Of a stretch of DNA of 64,000 bases, positions 25,850-34,408 are shown one piece after another. Below the pieces are notes generated by a model that had not been told where the DNA came from, did not search any database, and saw nothing but the letters and a program-made list of their open reading frames with translations. The position numbers and the translations under genes were made by a program. The stretch is from Eubacteriales bacterium (GTDB lineage Bacteria > Bacillota > Clostridia > Oscillospirales > CAG-272): assembly GCA_045629725.1 (NCBI GenBank), contig JAZQRT010000015.1:4189-68188 (forward strand), given 5' to 3'. Each line of letters opens with the position of its first letter. Within the stretch, counting starts at the first letter, position 1.

Positions 25850-26608
25850 TTAAAGTCTGACGTTTATACCGTCCGCTTTAAGCTTTTCTTTTAGTTCTTT
25901 AATATTTACCTCACCGAAGTGGAATATTGATGCCGCAAGTCCTGCATCAACAAGCGGAAGCGCGCGGAACAGCTCTGTGAAATGCTCCATATTTCCCGCA
26001 CCGCCCGATGCGATAACAGGAACGGAAACTGCATTTGAAACCTTATCCAGCATCTCAAGATCAAATCCGTTCTTCACGCCGTCGGTATCGATGGAATTGA
26101 GCACCACCTCGCCCGCGCCCGAGCCAACACATCTTTTTATCCACTCGATTGCTTCCATACCCGTGTTTTCACGTCCGCCCTTGGAAAAAACGCGGAAAAC
26201 TCCGTCAACTCTTTTGACGTCTGCGGAAATTACAACGCACTGGTCGCCGTAACGCTTAGCAGCCTCGGGAATAAGCTCGGGATTTCTTATTGCTCCCGAA
26301 TTGACGCTGACCTTATCGGCACCGCACTTAAGCACTCTGTCAAAATCCTCAAGGGTATTGATACCGCCCCCAACCGTAAGGGGAATAAATACCTCTGATG
26401 CTGTTTTGGTAAGTATATCGGTAAAAAGACGCCTGCCCTCGCTTGAAGCGGTTATATCATAAAATACAAGCTCGTCAGCGCCGTTTGCACTATAATATTT
26501 TGCAAGCTCCACAGGATTTGAAACGTCGCGAAGCCCTGCAAAATTGACACCCTTTACCACTCTGCCGTCCTTTACGTCAAGACAGGGGATTATTCTTTTA
26601 GTTACCAT
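25850..26608 (-). CDS. hisF: imidazole glycerol phosphate synthase cyclase subunit
   Basis: 252 aa with KRIIPCLDV...GADELVFYDITAS...GGGI. Confidence 0.95.
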   Translation of the reverse strand: MVTKRIIPCLDVKDGRVVKGVNFAGLRDVSNPVELAKYYSANGADELVFYDITASSEGRRLFTDILTKTASEVFIPLTVGGGINTLEDFDRVLKCGADKVSVNSGAIRNPELIPEAAKRYGDQCVVISADVKRVDGVFRVFSKGGRENTGMEAIEWIKRCVGSGAGEVVLNSIDTDGVKNGFDLEMLDKVSNAVSVPVIASGGAGNMEHFTELFRALPLVDAGLAASIFHFGEVNIKELKEKLKADGINVRL

Positions 26609-27317
26609 TTGCCACCTCGATCGCTTCTTTTATGGAAATTGCGCCTGTATAATACGCCTTACCGATGATAGCTCCGTAGATTCCAAGGTCTGTAAGACGC
26701 TTTACGTCATCAATGGAAGAAACACCGCCCGATGCTATAAGATCTATCTTAAATCTTTCGGACAGCTCGCGGTAAAGCGCATGGTTTGTGCCCATCATTG
26801 CTCCGTCCTTTGAAATATCAGTACAGATTATAGTCTTTACGCCAATGGACTCCATATCGGCGCAGAAATCGTATATATCGGTGTTTGAGGTTTCCGTCCA
26901 CCCCTTGACCGCTATCTTTCCGTCCTTTATATCAGCACCAACAGCGATCTTCTCTCCGTATTTTTCAAGAGCCGCAAGGAGAAATGTTCTGTCATTCAGC
27001 GCCGCAGTTCCGAGAATCACTCTTGAAACACCGGAGGAAAGATACGTATCAACTGTTTCCATAGAGCGGATACCGCCTCCAACCTCCGTAAAAAGCCCCG
27101 ATACGGCTATTATTTTCTTTATCACTTCAATATTCGGTGTTTTGCCGCTTTTTGCTCCCTCAAGGTCAACAAGATGGAGATATTTCGCACCCGATGCGGC
27201 AAAATCAAGAGCAATTTCTTCAGGCTTGTCGCTATAAACGGTGATCTTGTTATAGTCACCCTTATAAAGTCTGACTGCTTTGCCCTCATACAGATCTATT
27301 GCAGGAAATATATTCAT
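26598..27317 (-). CDS. hisA: ProFAR isomerase
   Basis: 239 aa with IFPAIDL..GK.VRL and DISKDG motifs. Confidence 0.95.
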   Translation of the reverse strand: MNIFPAIDLYEGKAVRLYKGDYNKITVYSDKPEEIALDFAASGAKYLHLVDLEGAKSGKTPNIEVIKKIIAVSGLFTEVGGGIRSMETVDTYLSSGVSRVILGTAALNDRTFLLAALEKYGEKIAVGADIKDGKIAVKGWTETSNTDIYDFCADMESIGVKTIICTDISKDGAMMGTNHALYRELSERFKIDLIASGGVSSIDDVKRLTDLGIYGAIIGKAYYTGAISIKEAIEVANGN

Positions 27318-27318
27318 C

Positions 27319-27939
27319 CTATGCCTCCAATTCGCAAAAAGCCTTCAGTATTTTAAGTCCCACCTCACCGCTCTTTTCGGGATGGAACTGGCATCCGAAT
27401 ACGTTACCCTTGGCTACTGCCGCCGTAAGAGTTGCGCCGTATTCGGTAACGGCAATAGTATTTTCCGTGCACTGTGCCCCATGGAAGGAATGCACGAAGT
27501 ATACGAAATCACCGTCGTTTATATATTTGAAAATGGGACTTTTTTCGCCCGTGAGCTTGAGAGCATTCCAACCGATATGGGGAATTTTAAGCGCCTCGGG
27601 AATTGAATCCTTTATGGGAACGATCACGCCGGGGATAAGCCCCAGACCCTCGTGTTCGCCGTATTCATACCCCTTTTCAAGAAGGAGCTGCATTCCAAGA
27701 CAAATTCCAAGAAGCGGCTTACCGCTCTGTGCCATTTCCTTTACAAACTCAGAAAGCCCCGAGTCACGCAGCTTTTTGGCGGCGTCGCCAAAGGCACCTA
27801 CCCCCGGAAGGATTATCTTATCTGCGCTTTTCAGCACCTCTTTATCGGACGTTACAACACTTTCCGCCCCAATAGCGTTAAGAGAGCATTTCAGCGAAAA
27901 AAGGTTGCCAACACCGTAATCAACTATTGCAACCATCAA
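27319..27939 (-). CDS. hisH: imidazole glycerol phosphate synthase glutamine amidotransferase subunit
   Basis: 206 aa with LPGVGAF, GICLGMQLL and QFHPEKS. Confidence 0.95.
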   Translation of the reverse strand: MMVAIVDYGVGNLFSLKCSLNAIGAESVVTSDKEVLKSADKIILPGVGAFGDAAKKLRDSGLSEFVKEMAQSGKPLLGICLGMQLLLEKGYEYGEHEGLGLIPGVIVPIKDSIPEALKIPHIGWNALKLTGEKSPIFKYINDGDFVYFVHSFHGAQCTENTIAVTEYGATLTAAVAKGNVFGCQFHPEKSGEVGLKILKAFCELEA

Positions 27940-28523
27940 AGAGCTCCCTTCGTTGAGGGTATTTCGTCTGCAAAATCGGGATCAATTTTCACAGCCGCTC
28001 TGATAGCTCTTGCAACTGACTTAAATGCGCCTTCGATTATGTGATGAGAATTTTTTCCATCAAGCTGCTTTATGTGGAGAGTCACTCCAGCATTTCTGAC
28101 AAAGCCAAGGAAAAACTCCTCTACAAGCTCCGTATCAAAATCTCCAACCTTTTCAGTAGGAATCTCAAGACCGTATCCAAGATAATCCCTTCCCGAAAAA
28201 TCAACCGCGGAAAGTATGAGAGCCTCGTCCATGGGAAGGATCATGCTTCCGTATCTGACGATTCCCTTCTTATCTCCAAGACACTCGCGGAATGCCTTTC
28301 CAAGACAGATGCCGATATCCTCTGCAGAGTGGTGATAATCCACCTGTGTATCGCCGTCACACTTAACCGTCAGATCAAATCTACCGTGGGAGGCAAAAAG
28401 AGTGAGCATATGATCGAGAAAACCAACCCCTGTCCCGATATCCGACTTGCCCTTACCGTCTATGTTAAGGCTTATATATATCTTTGTTTCGTTCGTGTTT
28501 CTTTCAAATTCACAAGCTCTCAT
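27936..28523 (-). CDS. hisB: imidazoleglycerol-phosphate dehydratase (monofunctional)
   Basis: 195 aa with RNTNETKI...D.HH..E and NSHHIIE motifs. It has no phosphatase domain. Confidence 0.95.
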   Translation of the reverse strand: MRACEFERNTNETKIYISLNIDGKGKSDIGTGVGFLDHMLTLFASHGRFDLTVKCDGDTQVDYHHSAEDIGICLGKAFRECLGDKKGIVRYGSMILPMDEALILSAVDFSGRDYLGYGLEIPTEKVGDFDTELVEEFFLGFVRNAGVTLHIKQLDGKNSHHIIEGAFKSVARAIRAAVKIDPDFADEIPSTKGAL

Positions 28524-29583
28524 TGTTTTCCTCCAAAATCTCGGAAAGTGCTCCTATCAGCTTTTCCATCTGCTCGGCACTTCCAATTGTTATTCTGTTA
28601 TAATCGGCAATACGTTTGTCCTTGAAATGGCGGACAAGTATGCCTTTTTTTCTAAGCTCAAGGTATATTTTCTCTCCATCAAATTTCGGGTGCTTTGCAA
28701 ATACGAAATTTGTCAGAGAATCCGTAAACTCAAACCCAAGTCTTGAAAGCTCCCTCTTTGTCCATTCACGATTTTCAATAATGGTTCGGCAATTTTTTCT
28801 TGTTACGTCCTCGTTTTTGAACATAGCCTCTCCGACTGCCGCCGTCATTCCGTCAATGTTATATGGATTTGTGGAATATTTTACGGTATTAAGATCAACG
28901 ATAAGCTCCTGACATCCGACTCCGAATCCGAGTCTTGCACCTGCCATTGACCTTGATTTTGAAAAGGTCTGTGTCACAAGAAGATTATCGTATTTGTCAA
29001 CAAGGGACACCGCGCTTTCAGCACCGAAATCAACGTATGCCTCGTCGATCACCACAATATTATCGGGATTATGCTTCAATATATCCTCAATTTCGGAAAG
29101 CGAAAGAACAAGCCCTGTTGGAGCGTTGGGATTAGCGATAAATATTGTACCGCCTGCGTTATAATAATCCTCGGGCGCGATAGTGAAATCATCCCTCAAA
29201 GGAATGATCTTCTTCTCTATCCCATAAAGATCGGCAAAGACCTTATAAAATCCATAGGTTATATCTGCAAAAACTGCGGGAGTATCCCCGTCACAAAACG
29301 CCATGAATGCAAAATTGAGTATTTCGTCCGAGCCGTTGGTCATGAGTATTTTTTCACTTCCAACTCCCAGCACCTCGGATGCCGCTTTTACAAGAGCGGT
29401 ACATTCGGGATCGGGATAAAGCATTAATTTTGAGAATGCCTCATCAAGCGCCTCACGGCACGCCGCAGGTGGCGAAAAGGGCGACTCGTTTGTATTGAGC
29501 TTTATATATTTCATGTCCTTCGGTTGTTCACCAGGGATATAGGGTATGAGTTTTGATAATTTTTTACTTAAATAACGGCTCAT
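28510..29583 (-). CDS. hisC: histidinol-phosphate aminotransferase
   Basis: 357 aa with NPNAPTG and TFSKS (PLP lysine) motifs. Confidence 0.93.
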   Translation of the reverse strand: MSRYLSKKLSKLIPYIPGEQPKDMKYIKLNTNESPFSPPAACREALDEAFSKLMLYPDPECTALVKAASEVLGVGSEKILMTNGSDEILNFAFMAFCDGDTPAVFADITYGFYKVFADLYGIEKKIIPLRDDFTIAPEDYYNAGGTIFIANPNAPTGLVLSLSEIEDILKHNPDNIVVIDEAYVDFGAESAVSLVDKYDNLLVTQTFSKSRSMAGARLGFGVGCQELIVDLNTVKYSTNPYNIDGMTAAVGEAMFKNEDVTRKNCRTIIENREWTKRELSRLGFEFTDSLTNFVFAKHPKFDGEKIYLELRKKGILVRHFKDKRIADYNRITIGSAEQMEKLIGALSEILEENNESL

Positions 29584-30860
29584 TATTTATCCTCTATGCG
29601 TACCACCGCGCTCTTGGCATGGGCTGTAAGTCCTTCCTTGGTTGCAAAATACGCAACGTCCCTTGCAACCTTCTCAAGCGCCTCTGCGGTATAGTACGTG
29701 TACTGTGTCTTCTTTACAAAATCGTCAACGGAAAGAGGACTTGCAAACTTAGCGCTTCCGCTTGTGGGAAGTGTGTGGTTGGGTCCTGCAAAATAATCTC
29801 CAAGGGCCTCGGGACAGTTTCTTCCCATGAAAATGGATCCTGCATGGCGAATAGAATCAAGATAATCAAAGGGATTATCCACACAAAGCTCAAGATGCTC
29901 GGGAGCGATCTCGTTTGATATCTCGATAGCAAGTGAAAGGTCGGGAGCAACGATTATTTTTCCGTTATTGTCAATAGATGCTCTTGCGATCTCATGTCTT
30001 TCAAGAAGGGGTATCTGACGCTCAAGCTCAGCTGATACCGCCTCGGCAAGCTCATATGAGTCCGTAACGAGCACCGCACTTGCCATTTTATCATGCTCTG
30101 CCTGAGAAAGAAGGTCTGCGGCAACATGGCACGGGTTACTCTTTCCGTCTGCAAGAACAAGTATCTCACTGGGACCTGCAACCATATCTATGGACACGAT
30201 TCCATATACCTGACGCTTTGCCTCCGCAACGTATGCGTTTCCGGGGCCCACTATCTTGTCAACCTTCGGGATACTCTTTGTACCGTAGGCAAGAGCCGCG
30301 ATCGCCTGAGCACCGCCAACCTTGAATATCTTGTCAACTCCCGCGATTTTCGCTGCTGTGAGAATTACGGGATTTACTTTTCCGTTTTTCATGGGTGGTG
30401 TAACCATGAAAAGCTCGGGAACTCCCGCTATTTTTGCGGGAATTGCATCCATGAGGACTGTTGAGGGATATGCCGCTGTGCCGCCGGGTACGTAAAGCCC
30501 CGCACGGTCAACCGCCGTTACCTTCTGCCCTGTCACGATGCCCTTTTCGTCATTTATTATAAAGCTGTTTCTTACCTGCTTTTGATGGAACTTACGTATA
30601 TTTGCCGCCGCTTTTTCAAGTATTGCCTTGAATTCATCGTCAACCTCCGAATACGCCTCCTCGATCTCCTCAGTACTTACAAGAATGGAATCGAGCTTTG
30701 CTCCGTCAAATTTTTCGGTGTAACTAAGAAGCGCCGCATCACCGTTTTTTCTTACGTCATATATAATATCCGCCACAACATCGCTGACGTTTGCGGTAGG
30801 CACTTCTCTTGCAAATATATCTGAATTTGCAACCTCACCGTATTTCAAAATCTTTATCAT
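29583..30860 (-). CDS. hisD: histidinol dehydrogenase
   Basis: 425 aa with QAEHD and GPNHTLPT motifs. Confidence 0.95.
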   Translation of the reverse strand: MIKILKYGEVANSDIFAREVPTANVSDVVADIIYDVRKNGDAALLSYTEKFDGAKLDSILVSTEEIEEAYSEVDDEFKAILEKAAANIRKFHQKQVRNSFIINDEKGIVTGQKVTAVDRAGLYVPGGTAAYPSTVLMDAIPAKIAGVPELFMVTPPMKNGKVNPVILTAAKIAGVDKIFKVGGAQAIAALAYGTKSIPKVDKIVGPGNAYVAEAKRQVYGIVSIDMVAGPSEILVLADGKSNPCHVAADLLSQAEHDKMASAVLVTDSYELAEAVSAELERQIPLLERHEIARASIDNNGKIIVAPDLSLAIEISNEIAPEHLELCVDNPFDYLDSIRHAGSIFMGRNCPEALGDYFAGPNHTLPTSGSAKFASPLSVDDFVKKTQYTYYTAEALEKVARDVAYFATKEGLTAHAKSAVVRIEDK

Positions 30861-31504
30861 TTTCCCGTCACCTCGGAATCAATCTGCTCTTTAAGACTCT
30901 TTACGAGTCTCTCAATCTGTTCATTCTTGAACTTAAATCCCGATTTATTGGCAATAAGTCTTGCACTGATCGGAATTACCGTCTCAATGACCTCAAGATC
31001 ATTTTCCTTGAGAGTCGTTCCCGTTTCAACGATATCAACGATAACGTCGGAAAGTCCGAGAATGGGGGCGAGCTCAATGGAGCCATTAAGATGTATAATG
31101 TCTATATCTCTGCCAAGTCCGGCATAATACTGACCTGCTATATTTGAAAACTTCGTTGCAACGCGAAGACATCTGCTCTGATCATCGCGAAATCCCTTTT
31201 TAGCAGCAACCGCCATACGGCATCTTCCCGTTTTAAGATCAAGAAGCTCATAAACGTCGGGACGGTATTCAAGAAGTATATCCTTACCCGCAACACCGAT
31301 ATCAGCGGCGCCTCTTTCAACGTATATTGCAACATCAGAGGGCTTTACCCAAAAATATCTGACTCCCGCTTCCTCATTTTCAAATATAAGCTTTCTGTTA
31401 TTTTCTCTGATGGAGGGACATTCAAAGCCCGCCTTTTCAAACATGGAGTATACCTTTTCTCCAAGTCTTCCCTTGGGAAGAGCAACGTTAAGCATTGTCT
31501 TCAA
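30857..31504 (-). CDS. hisG: ATP phosphoribosyltransferase, short (HisZ-dependent) form
   Basis: 215 aa, ALPKGRL...DIVETGTTL, with no C-terminal regulatory domain. Confidence 0.93.
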   Translation of the reverse strand: MKTMLNVALPKGRLGEKVYSMFEKAGFECPSIRENNRKLIFENEEAGVRYFWVKPSDVAIYVERGAADIGVAGKDILLEYRPDVYELLDLKTGRCRMAVAAKKGFRDDQSRCLRVATKFSNIAGQYYAGLGRDIDIIHLNGSIELAPILGLSDVIVDIVETGTTLKENDLEVIETVIPISARLIANKSGFKFKNEQIERLVKSLKEQIDSEVTGK

Positions 31505-32609
31505 CTATCTCCACGCCCCTTTCTTTAAAACGTAAAAGCTGCTTATATCTGAGTTTTTCGGGTATTGACTTCTGAGCCATCACCGTTTTTCCGCTATCGG
31601 TAAGAAGCTTCACCGCAGCGTAAAGCGCACTGATATCCGCCTCGTCATCATAAAGTATCACCGTATCCACGTCGTACACATCTCTTTCAAAGGCAAGATT
31701 TGCAACAAGCTCGGGATATACGGCAAAGCCTATCGCTCCGCCTGTTTTTCCCATCTTACCAAGAAGCAGATCATACTGTCCTCCCGAAAGAATACTTGTT
31801 GGGATCCCCTCTACAAAGCCCTTGAATACAAGTCCGTTATAATAATTCATATCATTTACAACTGAGAAGTCAATCCTTACCGATCCTGATGGAACGATTG
31901 CGGAAATATTTTCGGCAACGGACGCAAGATCGTCTATCTGACATCTTACATCTTCATCCGCAAAGGAAGAATAAAGCTTTTCAATTACCGCTTTCGGCTC
32001 TCCATAGGTGGAAATAAGCGTCTTTATACCCTCTGCTGAAACGCCTTCAACTCCGTTCCTTTCAAGAACCTCATCAACACCGTGAAGATTTTTTTCTCCG
32101 ATACACGATATAAGCTCTCGCTTTACAGTATCTGAGATCTTAAGTGTATCAAACACCGCGGAAACGATTCCGAGATGGGATATATCAAGAACGTAGCTTT
32201 CCGAGATCTCGCCAAGGCTCTTTGCCGCAAGCATCAAAACCTCACACTTGCAGTATGTATCTATATTTCCGATACACTCAAGACCCACCTGCATTATTTC
32301 TTTAAAGCTTCCGTTATCACCGCTTCTGTATACCTTCTCATCATAATAAAGCTTCTGAACGTACTCGCCTGTATCTTTGCTGTTTTTAACAATGGACAGA
32401 GTAACGTCGGGCTTGAGTGCCATAAGCTTTCCGTTTTCCGTAAAGGTAATTATATGGTCGGATATGAGAAAGTTTTTGTTTTGAACATAAAGCTCATATT
32501 CCTCAAATTTGCTCATTCTGAACTGAGAGTATCCGAATTTACCGTAAAGACTGCGAAGCTTGAATACTGTTTTTTCATCACTCTTTAAAAGAGAGTTTTC
32601 TATCTTCAT
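31488..32609 (-). CDS. hisZ: ATP phosphoribosyltransferase regulatory subunit
   Basis: 373 aa, HisRS-like without an anticodon-binding domain, directly upstream of short hisG. Confidence 0.9.
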   Translation of the reverse strand: MKIENSLLKSDEKTVFKLRSLYGKFGYSQFRMSKFEEYELYVQNKNFLISDHIITFTENGKLMALKPDVTLSIVKNSKDTGEYVQKLYYDEKVYRSGDNGSFKEIMQVGLECIGNIDTYCKCEVLMLAAKSLGEISESYVLDISHLGIVSAVFDTLKISDTVKRELISCIGEKNLHGVDEVLERNGVEGVSAEGIKTLISTYGEPKAVIEKLYSSFADEDVRCQIDDLASVAENISAIVPSGSVRIDFSVVNDMNYYNGLVFKGFVEGIPTSILSGGQYDLLLGKMGKTGGAIGFAVYPELVANLAFERDVYDVDTVILYDDEADISALYAAVKLLTDSGKTVMAQKSIPEKLRYKQLLRFKERGVEIVEDNA

Positions 32610-32728
32610 TTCATTCCTCCGAAGGCATATACCTTCACATTCTGAGAATCATATTATTTATATAAATAAAAAGGAAGAGTTTTGCAAATCAAGGGCAAAA
32701 ATCCCCCTATTTTCAAATGGTTTTCAAC

Positions 32729-32757
32729 ATTGTAGCACAGTGAAGTTTAATTGTCAA
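32729..32757 (-). promoter_or_regulatory. promoter of the his operon
   Basis: Minus strand reads TTGACA, 17-nt spacer, TACAAT, about 115 nt upstream of hisZ. Confidence 0.65.
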
Positions 32758-32786
32758 TAGTTTTTAAAAAAATTATAGAAAACCCC

Positions 32787-32815
32787 TTGACTTTAGCAAG
32801 GTAATGCGTTATAAT
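32787..32815 (+). promoter_or_regulatory. promoter of ilvE
   Basis: TTGACT, 17-nt spacer, TATAAT. Confidence 0.65.
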
Positions 32816-32888
32816 ATTTCTCAAATTCGTCCAATAACGAAGTAATAATGATTTTGAAAATACGCTTTTTAAAGCGGTAGGAGATAAA

Positions 32889-33950
32889 ATGGATATAAAG
32901 ATCATTAAAAATCACAATCCGAAAACAATGCCTCCCGAAAACGAGTTGGGATTTGGCAAGGTTTTCTCAGACCATATGTTTATTATGGATTACGAAGCGG
33001 GCAAGGGTTGGTTCAACCACCGCATCGTTCCTTTTAGTTATATTACCATTCACCCTGCATCCACAGTCCTCCACTACGGAGCAGAAATATTTGAAGGACT
33101 CAAAGCGTACCGCACCGAGGACGGCGACATTCAGCTTTTCAGACCCCGTGAAAACGCACGCCGTATGAATTCCTCCGCAGACCGCATGTGTCTGCCTCTT
33201 ATTGATGAAGACGAATTCATGGAGATCCTCACAACCTTTGTTGACCTTGAAAAAAATTGGGTTCCCCACTCCTTTGGAACATCCCTGTATCTTCGTCCGT
33301 TTATGTTCGGTAACGACGAGTCACTTGGTGTTCACACAGTTAAATACGCAACCTTTATGATAATTGCATCCCCCTCGGGAAGCTATTATGCAGAAGGCAT
33401 CAACCCTGTTAAGATACTTATCGAAGACGAGGACGTAAGAGCTGTTAAGGGCGGAACGGGATATACCAAGTGCGGCGGTAACTACGGAGCCTCCACAAGA
33501 GCCGGAGAGCGTGCAAGCAAGATGGGTTATTCTCAGGTACTTTGGCTTGACGGAGTTGAACGCAAATATATCGAAGAAGTGGGCGCCATGAACGTAATGT
33601 TCAAAATTGACGGTAAGATAGTGACACCTGCTCTTACAGGCTCCATTCTTCCCGGTATTACGAGAAAATCCTGTATTGAGGTGCTTCGTGACAAGGGCTA
33701 TACTGTGGAAGAACGTCTCCTCAGCGTTGATGAGCTTATCTCAGCTCTTGAAAACGGAACTCTTGAAGAAGCATGGGGATGCGGAACCGCTGCGGTGGTT
33801 TCTCCCATTGGTAAGCTTTGCTATAAGGGCCGTGAATACACTGTAAACGGTGGAAACATCGGTGAAGTTACCGCTGATCTTTACTCCACTCTCACCTCTA
33901 TCCAGTGGGGAAAGACGGAGGATAAATACGGCTGGATACTTAAAGTTTAA
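32889..33950 (+). CDS. ilvE: branched-chain amino acid aminotransferase
   Basis: 353 aa with the class IV aminotransferase layout (FEGLKAYR, GGTGYTKCGGNY). Confidence 0.93.
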   Translation: MDIKIIKNHNPKTMPPENELGFGKVFSDHMFIMDYEAGKGWFNHRIVPFSYITIHPASTVLHYGAEIFEGLKAYRTEDGDIQLFRPRENARRMNSSADRMCLPLIDEDEFMEILTTFVDLEKNWVPHSFGTSLYLRPFMFGNDESLGVHTVKYATFMIIASPSGSYYAEGINPVKILIEDEDVRAVKGGTGYTKCGGNYGASTRAGERASKMGYSQVLWLDGVERKYIEEVGAMNVMFKIDGKIVTPALTGSILPGITRKSCIEVLRDKGYTVEERLLSVDELISALENGTLEEAWGCGTAAVVSPIGKLCYKGREYTVNGGNIGEVTADLYSTLTSIQWGKTEDKYGWILKV

Positions 33951-34041
33951 AATCGGAAATATACAATAAAATCAATGGACTTAGGGAAGCATTTAAACAC
34001 AAAAAATCCCAAACAAAATGCAAAAAAGTTCCCTAAGTCTA

Positions 34042-34070
34042 TTGACAAATCAACAAAAATGATATAGAAT
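34042..34070 (+). promoter_or_regulatory. promoter of the Leu T-box leader
   Basis: TTGACA, 17-nt spacer, TAGAAT. Confidence 0.65.
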
Positions 34071-34077
34071 ATGACAA

Positions 34078-34362
34078 TACAAAGACTGTGAAGGGAATCA
34101 AATTTGCAAAGGCATCCCAGAGAGCCGTCATTTGCTGTGAGACGGTATGCGAAGCGAACATAACTCATCCCTGAGTCGCCGACCGAAAGAGCTTGGCTTT
34201 AGTAGACTCGGACGGGTTCTCCCGTTACAGAGAAGTTCGTTTTGTGACGAACACAAGTGGGTGATGCTCTCACCAAAAAAGAGTGGTACCGCGGAGAACT
34301 TTTTTAATCTTCGTCTCTTTTATGCAAAAGTTATTGTTACTGATGCGTAAAGGGGATTTTTT
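34078..34362 (+). promoter_or_regulatory. T-box leader, Leu (CUC) specifier, controlling leuA-ilvBNC
   Basis: AGAGAG and CUGUGAGA elements, with AUAA-CUC-A in the specifier position. The T-box core is AAGAGUGGUACCGCGG. The antiterminator is AAAAGAG / bulge UGGUACC / GCGGAG-loop-CUUCGU / CUCUUUU. The terminator is UCUCUUUUAUGC...GCGUAAAGGGGA followed by UUUUUU. Confidence 0.8.
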
Positions 34363-34408
34363 CATTGTTAGAAAATCCCTTTAACCACGCCAAGAAAGGA
34401 TTTAAATT

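Noticed and set aside
27299-27919. A 206-aa plus-strand ORF that mirrors hisH almost exactly.
   Set aside because: hisH on the minus strand has all the glutamine amidotransferase motifs. The mirror ORF is Ser/Pro-rich and has no recognisable features.
32610-32728. A possible His T-box or attenuator in the hisZ 5' UTR.
   Set aside because: The leader is only about 115 nt. It has no T-box core (GGUGGNACCGCG), no His-codon-rich leader peptide and no terminator.
34348-34383. The strong hairpin AAAGGGGATTTT...AAAATCCCTTT, considered as an independent terminator before leuA.
   Set aside because: It has no U-run after it. Its 5' arm is the 3' strand plus U-tract of the T-box terminator, so it is treated as part of the T-box expression platform.
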